Part shown: one piece after another, positions 23,801 through 29,995 of the stretch | Numbering within the stretch: position 1 is the first letter of the stretch | Layout of the letters: the number at the start of each line of letters is the position of its first letter | From: Thermoplasmatota archaeon | GTDB taxonomy: Archaea; Thermoplasmatota; Poseidoniia; Poseidoniales; Poseidoniaceae | Direction: 5' to 3' | Length of the DNA stretch: 34,983 nt | Assembly: GCA_030830875.1 (NCBI GenBank) | Contig: JAURMD010000145.1 | Span: 1 to 34,983 of the forward strand | The notes under the pieces: generated by a model | What the model was told of the DNA's origin: nothing | The model's database searches: none | Seen by the model: only the letters and a program-made list of their open reading frames with translations | Made by a program: the position numbers and the translations under genes

Positions 23801-25060
23801 GGCATAAGGCTGCGACCATTCGCTGTTGGTGTCCGCTGGTTGCACCCGACAGAAGCCTCCGCTTGAGCACGCGGGATTCAGATCGAGGTTGGAATACCCG
23901 TAGATCCCTTGATCCGAGTCAAGCGTCGCAGCGATTGAAAAGTTTGCAAACACCTCGCCCATCGTCCGTCCGACAGCGCCAGCATTTCCGTTGGCGGGGG
24001 CGACGGCCAATTTGGCAATGCCCGCCCCACCGGTGGCGCTGTCCTGCACCAATTGGCGCATGGCTGGACCGCCACCGAGATGGTCAACGAGGTACATCAT
24101 GAGCATGAAGCCCGCGCCATAATCCGCATTTCGTTGGTTCCACCAACGGACCGAGAGCTCGCTGGCCTGAGTCCATCCATTCACATGACCACGCAGGGTG
24201 CTGTCTGCCCCAAAGCAGAGGTAGATCGCCACGTCGGCGTTGCCCTCATCGATGTACAGATTTTCGTAAGGGTCGAGTGCATTGTGAAGCAGGTGTTGGA
24301 GTTCGTGCGCAATGATCGAGCGACCCCACGTCAACGTGATGTCCGCGTAATCCACGAACACCATCTCGCCTTGAGAGGCAAAACTCGGCGCGAAGTATCC
24401 TCCGATGTTGTACTGCCCATCGATATCATAGACAACAATTTCCACCTGACAGTTGTTGTCCACATCGGGAGGAGCGATGCCACGGCCGTCGCCGTAGTCC
24501 TTGCCGTAGTATGTGGTGAGCGTGGGATAGATCGTCTGGTCCCACGTTGATGCAAGGTTCTGGAGCACGGTTGAACTCAACGAGCGTCCCGTTTGGACAA
24601 GGAACGCCACGCTCGCCGTGGTCTTGGCCACGGTGACAGAGATGCTCCCGCCAGCGGATGGGACATTGAATTGGTCCCCCACAACGTGTTGGGTGCACGC
24701 ACGTCCGGACGTGCTCAACGCAGGCTCAACGATCCCGGGTCGACCGGCTTCGACCCATTGCTGACGAAGGTAGGGTGTTGCGGAAACAACAGGTTGAGAT
24801 TCTTCGATGAGCAAATAAGGACGAGCGAGGTCTTGCGTGAAGCCTTCGAGGGACGCAACCTCGAGGAGCGAATCGGGCAGCGAATGAAGACCCTGAGGTG
24901 CAGCGCCATCTTCGTTGCCTTCGGAGGAGGTCCCAGCGGTTGCTGGCACCACGATCGTTGAGAGCACCATCAACAAGGCCAAGGCCAACGCTCGGCTTGT
25001 TTGAGTGGAGCAGGATTCCGACATGTTCACTACCTCAGAATCGCCACACTGCGACGACAT
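20825..25060 (-). CDS. Large surface-anchored zinc metalloprotease (HExxH gluzincin catalytic domain, at least 5 PKD domains, C-terminal TM anchor and acidic cytoplasmic tail)
   Basis: The start is taken at ATG 25060 or ATG 25024; the latter is preceded by GAGGT 7 nt upstream. The track start 25342 would overlap the divergent gene. Signal peptide is SRALALALLMVLSTIVVPATAG. Catalytic motif is SIIAHELQHLLHNALDPYENLYIDEGNA (HExxH-x15-E). PKD signatures are YAWDFGDGETSG...YNISLRVRD, FTWDWGDGEQD, NWSFPDGTF...HHVTLVVTDADG and YVWDFGDGSAL...YTVTLTVRDG. C-terminal TM is AAVFLALVMAALVLGWFVM. Confidence 0.8.
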   Translation of the reverse strand: MSSQCGDSEVVNMSESCSTQTSRALALALLMVLSTIVVPATAGTSSEGNEDGAAPQGLHSLPDSLLEVASLEGFTQDLARPYLLIEESQPVVSATPYLRQQWVEAGRPGIVEPALSTSGRACTQHVVGDQFNVPSAGGSISVTVAKTTASVAFLVQTGRSLSSTVLQNLASTWDQTIYPTLTTYYGKDYGDGRGIAPPDVDNNCQVEIVVYDIDGQYNIGGYFAPSFASQGEMVFVDYADITLTWGRSIIAHELQHLLHNALDPYENLYIDEGNADVAIYLCFGADSTLRGHVNGWTQASELSVRWWNQRNADYGAGFMLMMYLVDHLGGGPAMRQLVQDSATGGAGIAKLAVAPANGNAGAVGRTMGEVFANFSIAATLDSDQGIYGYSNLDLNPACSSGGFCRVQPADTNSEWSQPYATTGHTMEGWGIRSFKLTPGSSSPAPLTLRVTGDRTDFDGVIVTRAASDGLLSVTDLTFSSSVATGLVPGFGNLTDEVWVIVWLASSAADCDYTSCGPSYPTGTIDLEAARITAPATINTGNTTTSDRDGDGLADTVQVDFDVLSNAFFEDLDVEVKVRDASGSVVDALTTRVEAGGGEAVTSSVWFTPNMDGLYSFDLTMRDVLGSRVDAVTSGMVNLSNMAPVADGNLSTNRTLSWNDVAFSGNGFDAWGLSLENNTLPYFDPPVAYAWDFGDGETSGLKSPVRAYEVLGAYNISLRVRDVGGRWSATDVMNITVVDDTEPFPFLAINNQVLGSSISVMVDQRILFSAGRTTDNVPTPLLEFTWDWGDGEQDSGVGLYSADHAWSDIDGSNESFDLVLTVFDGVNTGVLNLTVIVNNRLPVQIEAGPIRTVTQTPTVMPLVFEDLDGTIVSWSWSFPGGVHLGTGPVDRESDFNTVSAGTSQPTVAWERAGNYTVQVDVVDDDGGASTALLNVIVENQRPTASFKVREASSTLTLNLLSSRIVPDTPYIFDARTSIDPDGLVGDVSDLTFNWSFPDGTFQDVVQPRFTFSTPGTHHVTLVVTDADGSQSAPRTVIFDVINPVPIIEVRILEAWVNGSIVDVSTPFDGDAAMAVLRRTFGNDGDTYAVPGTLLYFDSDGTRDGDARFEGRLVPLETGSPNWNGLVDYVWDFGDGSALVHDPSPWHAYAAPGDYTVTLTVRDGHLTGDVTRARFTVHVEAAPSIDLVLAPDDAIAGIGENLDAIVRWADFDDDGSLCRDDDVNDGSMEDCDTLIMSGVTVKWELDLNSDDDNDGDSTNDWVDPLSEDSFRTFGLWEELGRYTVRIVACDQTGQCDTRDVDVEVAPEATSPPSLSDFSREDWAAWFRSLGADAAVFLALVMAALVLGWFVMRAPTEDEEEATKDAEAYADVERVEVNGMMGIDDHKAPPAPRILRKEERRDEASGYIRPLRRQ

Positions 25061-25079
25061 CAACACCTCGCCAAGTATG

Positions 25080-25088
25080 GTATTTAAG
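25080..25088. promoter_or_regulatory. Single A/T-rich TATA-like element (GTATTTAAG / CTTAAATAC) shared by two divergent genes
   Basis: This is the main A/T-rich block in the 52-nt spacer 25061-25112. It is centred about 28 nt from ATG 25113 on the plus strand and about 24 nt from ATG 25060 on the minus strand. No SD precedes 25113. Confidence 0.45.
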
Positions 25089-25112
25089 CGTGGGCAGGCC
25101 TCGCATCGTGCC

Positions 25113-26294
25113 ATGCTCCGCAGGCTCCTTCCCCTGCTGCTGCTGCTGCTGCTGCCCTCTGCAGGCGCCCTTCCCACCGAACAGACCGTCCTCTGCGAAG
25201 CGGCATCAGGCCTGATGAGCGACGGGGTTCGAATGAACGAGAGAGTAGCGTGGCAAGTCAACCTCGGCCCGCGCATCCCGGACAGTCCTGCATCGCACGC
25301 CTTGCTCTCGTCGATTGTCGAGAACAACACGACGTGGGACATTCACTTCGACGTCCATCCGTACAAGAATGGAAACATGACCAACCTGGTCGCGCTCTAC
25401 ACCCCATCAGGTCGCACACGCACCGACCACGTTGTTGCGATTGCGGCGCATTACGACACCCGTGACCGTGCAGAGCGAGAAGTCGATGAAGCCAATCAAA
25501 GCCTTCCGATTCCTGGTGCCAACGATGGCGCCAGCGGCGTTGCTGTGGCTTTGGAGATGATGCGCCTCGTTCCACAGATGGACCTGCCTCATCCCGTGAT
25601 GATCGTTCTGTTCGATGCCGAAGATCAAGGACCGATGCCCGGCCTGGAGGGCAGCCGCCGTTGGGCGGACAACCTCACAGAGGAAGAGATCAACGACATC
25701 GATGCCTTGATCCTGCTCGACATGGTGGGGGACGCAGACCTGAACTTGGCAAGGATTTCCTCGAATTCGGACTCGGTTGCGGCGCCAATCCCGGCCCTCG
25801 CAGAAGCCGTCGGCCTCGTCAGTGGTGCGAGGGCCTGCGACGGGAGCGTCGGTCTCGACGTCTATCAGCACGAAACGGTCGCCAACATCATCGATGACCA
25901 CATCAACACGCAAGCGGTTGGCATCCCCTCAGCGGTCATCATCGACCATCGCTACGGTGAAGGAGCCTCACGCTTGGCGGATGGACACTGGCACACGCTT
26001 CAAGACACACCCGACAAGGTCTCAGCGGAGAGCCTTTCCAACGTGGCGAGGTTGGTGGAACTCGGCCTACGGACGGGAGCATGGCAGGTGCCTGACCCTG
26101 TCGTGGACGACACACCCTCCACCGAAGAACCTGAACGAACCGAGGACGAAGCGATTCGAGCTCCGCTGCTGATGCTCGCGGTGGTTTGGGCCTCCCTCGT
26201 GCTGCTCAGCGTCGCCGTTGTTGCATGCCTTCTCGTGCTCCGTCGGCTTCGGGGCCCTCCACGACAACGCACAACATGGACCTGGGACTCCTGA
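25113..26294 (+). CDS. M28-family metallopeptidase / glutaminyl-cyclase-like protein, secreted with C-terminal TM anchor
   Basis: I use internal ATG 25113 (MLRRLLPLLLLLLLPSAGA, a signal peptide). Family motifs are AIAAHYDTRD, IPGANDGASGVAVALEMMRL, VLFDAEDQG, LILLDMVGD, IIDDHINTQAVGIPS and GHWHTLQDTPDKV. C-terminal TM is LLMLAVVWASLVLLSVAVVACLLVL followed by RRLR. Confidence 0.75.
   Translation: MLRRLLPLLLLLLLPSAGALPTEQTVLCEAASGLMSDGVRMNERVAWQVNLGPRIPDSPASHALLSSIVENNTTWDIHFDVHPYKNGNMTNLVALYTPSGRTRTDHVVAIAAHYDTRDRAEREVDEANQSLPIPGANDGASGVAVALEMMRLVPQMDLPHPVMIVLFDAEDQGPMPGLEGSRRWADNLTEEEINDIDALILLDMVGDADLNLARISSNSDSVAAPIPALAEAVGLVSGARACDGSVGLDVYQHETVANIIDDHINTQAVGIPSAVIIDHRYGEGASRLADGHWHTLQDTPDKVSAESLSNVARLVELGLRTGAWQVPDPVVDDTPSTEEPERTEDEAIRAPLLMLAVVWASLVLLSVAVVACLLVLRRLRGPPRQRTTWTWDS
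25134..25154 (+). repeat. (CTG)7 trinucleotide microsatellite encoding the poly-Leu core of the M28 signal peptide
   Basis: Seven perfect in-frame CTG units were counted directly at 25134-25154. Confidence 0.9.
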
Positions 26295-26346
26295 TTCACC
26301 GCGAGGCGCGAAGTGTCATAGACAACGGCGGCCTGTCCCCTCTCAG

Positions 26347-27225
26347 ATGACGGACCTCCACCGTGAAGCCAAACTCGCAGCGCTGAGGGAGCGTGTCCGA
26401 GACCAGCTTGACGGCGAGGATGAATTGGTGGTCACCTCCTCCGACGTTGAGGCTGCTGCACTTCCACAGCCGAACAGCAATCGGTTGAAAGACCTCACAC
26501 AATGGCAAGGGGGACTCGATGACGGAACCGTGGCCGGCCTTCGCCAATTCGCATCCGTCGTAATCTTTCTCGGGAGCGCGCTCGGCATTCTCTCAGGACT
26601 GTTGTTGCTGCAGGGGAACCCGGTCGACCTCCTCTCCACCGACCTGCTGCTGAGTGAGCGAACCGTGGACCTCAGAATGCAGGTGCTGGAGGCAGAGTCG
26701 GGAGCGGCGCTCGAAGGCCTTCGTGTCGAATGGGTGGACCTCGATTCAGGGACCGTGCTGCGTTCCACCACCACCGACGCCTATGGCTGGTTCAACCTCG
26801 AGGGGGTATTGACCGAAGCACGACTCTTGCGCATCAGTGCGGAGGGATACAGGACCTCGGAACTCGAATTGGTGCCGCAGTCGGCAGGAATGCCGCCGGT
26901 GACCCTGACCCCGGGGGAAGGTGTCGACCGTACGGTCCTCTCCACTGGTGAGGGTCAATGGACGCTCGACGACGCCGTCCGTCTCTCGACAACCATCGGC
27001 GTCCTGACCATCATATCCGGTGCTGTAGGGCTGATGGCAGGCCTTGAGGTTCGCCGAGGTGGACGCTACCGACGAACGCAATACCTTGCTGGCCTCGCGT
27101 TGTTCAGCCGTGGATTGATCGTGTTCGGGCCCGCGTTGATTCTCCTTGGAATGATCACCACCTCCTTCGCCAAAGACCAGTTTGCCGACGAACGGGAGGG
27201 ACCGAATGTACCTGATTTCCGTTGA
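26347..27225 (+). CDS. Membrane protein with a carboxypeptidase-regulatory-like (CarboxypepD_reg) beta-sandwich domain
   Basis: I use internal ATG 26347 (MTDLHREAKLAAL...). TM is FASVVIFLGSALGILSGLLLL. The segment RMQVLEAESGAALEGLRVEWVDLDSGTVLRSTTTDAYGWFNLEGV...RISAEGYRT matches the CarboxypepD_reg pattern. There are two further C-terminal TM helices. Confidence 0.6.
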   Translation: MTDLHREAKLAALRERVRDQLDGEDELVVTSSDVEAAALPQPNSNRLKDLTQWQGGLDDGTVAGLRQFASVVIFLGSALGILSGLLLLQGNPVDLLSTDLLLSERTVDLRMQVLEAESGAALEGLRVEWVDLDSGTVLRSTTTDAYGWFNLEGVLTEARLLRISAEGYRTSELELVPQSAGMPPVTLTPGEGVDRTVLSTGEGQWTLDDAVRLSTTIGVLTIISGAVGLMAGLEVRRGGRYRRTQYLAGLALFSRGLIVFGPALILLGMITTSFAKDQFADEREGPNVPDFR

Positions 27226-28534
27226 AGGCGGAGACGGGTCCGGAAAGGGGGAGGCTGTTCGCCTCCTTTCGGAAATCCTTGCCAGTTACCCGTTCACCGA
27301 AGTCTGCGCGACGCATGAACCTCGAAGGCATGCTGAGGCAGGACAGCGCGCGCTCGCGGCCGTTCAGCGTGGTGACCTCAGTCCTGCAGAAGAAGCGGCA
27401 CTTTTTGCCGAGGACAGGCTGGACCACACGACCAGTTGGATCCTCCCCCGTCTGCGTCGAAGCGCCGTTGTGGTCTCAGATCGGAACGTTCACTCGTCAC
27501 TCGTCTACCAAGGCGTTGTCGGTGAACTCGGCCTCGAGGAGGTTGCAGCACTCAACAAAGGGGCCGCCGTTCCTGACCTTGTCGTGTGGGTCGATTGTGA
27601 CCCAGAGCGGGCCATCCGTCGTATTCAGCAAGGCACCCTCCGAATGACCAGCGACAAGCAGGAATATTTCGAAACCACCGACATTCAACGCAGCATCCGA
27701 GCAGGATTTGCCGACCTGCTCTCAGGAGCCATTACCCCACCTCCGCCCTTCGACGCCTCCGTGATCGCCGGTCCAATCCTGAACGAGGGGGGACTTGACG
27801 AACTTGAACGCGCCCTTCGGCGGACCGTTCGGGACTTCATGCGACAACGACCCTCGCCATTGAACGTCGACATGGACGAGGTGGATCTCGCCCACATCGG
27901 TCGTTTGGTGGAGGGCATGAGCGCGCAACAACGCCTCCCGGGGCTTGCTCAGAGCGAAGAATCCGTGCTTCATGGATGGCTCTCGGGAGCGTCTCCAGCA
28001 GCGTGGATGGAACGTGCCGAGGCGTCGTGGCCAGAACGCTCGTCCACAGAACGCGACGTCCCCGGCCGCTACACGGCACGCTCCGCATGGTGCGTCCTCG
28101 GAACACTTTCGTTGATGGGGGGCCCGTGCGACGTTCGAAGGTTGTTCCACTCGCTCGGCCCGGTCCGATTCCTTTCAAAGCGTCATGTGAACCGTATGGT
28201 GCGCTGGATGATCGATGAGGGATGGATTTTCAGGCAACAAAACGAGGTGAAGTTCACCGAAGGCCAGATGTTCAGGCTGAGCGAAGATCACCTTGCTCAA
28301 GGCCGTCTCGCCATGGCGATGTGGCCCGTCCGCGAGCGATTGGAAGCGTGGCGTGACGAGCACCCTCGCGCTGCTTGGTCGGGTGCGCTTCGTCAGTTGA
28401 TTCAGGAAAGTGAGGCGGGCATGGACGAGGTTCTGAAACGCCTTCGCCTCCTTTCAAGCGGCCATGTGGGCTGCCCCGCCCCGGACGACCTCGAGCAACT
28501 CGAGGCGTGGTGGAGGCTGGAACCCCCATCGTGA
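27206..28534 (+). CDS. tmk: Thymidylate kinase-like domain (about 220 aa) fused to a roughly 220-aa C-terminal extension with a possible winged-helix region
   Basis: ATG 27206 is preceded by GGGAGGGA; the track start 27182 is TTG. dTMP-kinase pattern includes YLISVEGGDGSGKG (P-loop), THEP, EDRLDH, VVSDRNVHSSLVYQG, PDLVVWVDCDPERAIRRI and EYFE. The extension includes ARSAWCVLGTLSLMGGPCDVRRLFHSLG...SKRHVNRMVRWMIDEGWIFRQ, which looks wHTH-like. Confidence 0.65.
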   Translation: MYLISVEGGDGSGKGEAVRLLSEILASYPFTEVCATHEPRRHAEAGQRALAAVQRGDLSPAEEAALFAEDRLDHTTSWILPRLRRSAVVVSDRNVHSSLVYQGVVGELGLEEVAALNKGAAVPDLVVWVDCDPERAIRRIQQGTLRMTSDKQEYFETTDIQRSIRAGFADLLSGAITPPPPFDASVIAGPILNEGGLDELERALRRTVRDFMRQRPSPLNVDMDEVDLAHIGRLVEGMSAQQRLPGLAQSEESVLHGWLSGASPAAWMERAEASWPERSSTERDVPGRYTARSAWCVLGTLSLMGGPCDVRRLFHSLGPVRFLSKRHVNRMVRWMIDEGWIFRQQNEVKFTEGQMFRLSEDHLAQGRLAMAMWPVRERLEAWRDEHPRAAWSGALRQLIQESEAGMDEVLKRLRLLSSGHVGCPAPDDLEQLEAWWRLEPPS

Positions 28535-29281
28535 TCATTCTGCTTCACGTAGGGCGAATCGGGCCCCACCCGGTAGGCTGACCGAAGCAAGGCTCGAAAG
28601 TTCACCGGGTCGAGCGCTCAGCATCGCACCCATCAGCACGCCGAGACCGAATCCGAAGGGGAGACCGGTCACCAGTCGAAGCCATGCTGTGGATTCGTAC
28701 GACGTGAGGAGTTGGACGAAACCGTCCAGTCCAAGCGGAACGATGCACAGAGTACCGAGGCCGAAAAAGGCGAATCTTCGCTTCTGACGTGCATAAATGG
28801 TGTCCTGCCATGACGTTGGGAGCACAGAGAGTGATGTGTCCGTGATGGTCCAGCGGTTGACGAGGCGCCTGCGCAGCACGACCCCAGCGAGCGCGAGTCC
28901 GGAGAGGATGCCCAGGTCCCTGACGCACATGGGCATCTGGTTGCCGTTCACCGTCCACGAACGTTCACTGAGCATGTGGCAGTTGAGGTCCCCGAAAGCA
29001 TAGATCAGGGCGTGAGCGAGCGGGAGGTCGCTCCACGCGAAACCTTCCTCTGGCTCCACAACCTGCTGGGTGCTGTGGTCAAGGTGGCGTTGGTTTCCAT
29101 AGCTGAGAGGTCCATCGAGTGTGGCGTAATCGATGGCGTTGGCCCGAGCCCCAAGCGGCGGTACGGTCCCACTCGGCAGGGTCAGCGGGGCGACCACCAT
29201 CGCGAGCAGCAAACCAAGGCTAATGCAGCACAGCATTGTACCTACGCGTTGGGCTCGGTCGAGACCGACGGCAGGCGTCAT
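28535..29281 (-). CDS. DUF2085-family integral membrane protein
   Basis: GDLNCHMLSERSWTVNGNQMPMCVRDLGILSG matches the DUF2085 pattern CHQ..RS....G...P.C.R..G. It has multiple TM helices. I prefer ATG 29281 or 29236, because the track start 29455 would overlap the divergent gene at 29355. Confidence 0.6.
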   Translation of the reverse strand: MTPAVGLDRAQRVGTMLCCISLGLLLAMVVAPLTLPSGTVPPLGARANAIDYATLDGPLSYGNQRHLDHSTQQVVEPEEGFAWSDLPLAHALIYAFGDLNCHMLSERSWTVNGNQMPMCVRDLGILSGLALAGVVLRRRLVNRWTITDTSLSVLPTSWQDTIYARQKRRFAFFGLGTLCIVPLGLDGFVQLLTSYESTAWLRLVTGLPFGFGLGVLMGAMLSARPGELSSLASVSLPGGARFALREAE

Positions 29282-29354
29282 GAGGTTGCCATCCTTGCTC
29301 GCATCATGAACCCCACGCCGGAAGGACGATGCCGAGCGCAGCGATGGGGCAGCG

Positions 29355-29954
29355 ATGACCTCGGTCGGCGGGGAGGTGGTGCCCGGAGCTCTTCTTGGAG
29401 CCGCGTACGGCGCCGCTGGGGCTTTCACCGCCTCGCTTGTTGACGAACCAGCCAACCTCGACCGGCACCTTTTGCTGACGGGGAGCGCCTTCGTGCTGCT
29501 CGCCCTGGCGTTCTACGTCCTGCTGAAGCGAGCGGAGGCCACTCGACCAATGCCACACCCTGCGGTCGATGTCCGCGGGATGTTGTCGAAACACGACGAA
29601 GGACGAGGTGCGTGGCGGCAGTTGAGCCACGTGCGGCAGGAGGCTGCTGGCTGGCGCATCGACCTTCACGACCTCCATCACGTGGAGTCACTCGTTGACG
29701 AACTCGCCGTGATCGCCGACAGGCACCACCTCCGGCTCATCGTCGGAGATGGTACGGCACGATCAGCCGACCCTCGACTGCGCCGTCGTGTGGAAGAACG
29801 ATTGCGCATGCACCTCGAACCAACACGACTTCGCCATGGACGACGAACGCTCAGCACGCTGCCCACCGTCGCCATGCAACACGGAGGAAACTTGCGACTT
29901 CCGACGTTGCTGATGACGCTCTCCATCGTCTTCGTCGGACTCTTGCTGATGTGA
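29355..29954 (+). CDS. Membrane-anchored Smr-like domain protein (degenerate HGxG motif)
   Basis: Two N-terminal TM helices (VVPGALLGAAYGAAGAFTASLV, LLLTGSAFVLLALAFYVLL) and one C-terminal TM helix (LPTLLMTLSIVFVGLLLM). The core WRIDLHDLHHVESLVDELAVIADRHHLRLIVGDGTARSADPRLRRRVEERL aligns with the Smr pattern LDLHG...v.IIHGKG......L...V...L. It fills the gap between the DUF2085 and M61 genes. Confidence 0.5.
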   Translation: MTSVGGEVVPGALLGAAYGAAGAFTASLVDEPANLDRHLLLTGSAFVLLALAFYVLLKRAEATRPMPHPAVDVRGMLSKHDEGRGAWRQLSHVRQEAAGWRIDLHDLHHVESLVDELAVIADRHHLRLIVGDGTARSADPRLRRRVEERLRMHLEPTRLRHGRRTLSTLPTVAMQHGGNLRLPTLLMTLSIVFVGLLLM

Positions 29955-29995
29955 AGTCGAGCAAGGACCTTAGGGCAGCATGCTGACCTTTGGGC

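Noticed and set aside
25061-25342. N-terminal extension of the 1505-aa ORF. Similar extensions occur at 20829..21104 (428-aa ORF), 3271..3411 (513-aa ORF), 26218..26346, 32026..32205, 7580..7882 and 29282..29455
   Set aside because: The extensions overlap the neighbouring gene, are Arg/Gly/Ser-rich and precede obvious signal peptides or conserved N-termini. Internal ATGs give stop/start coupling, SD motifs or TATA-compatible spacing.
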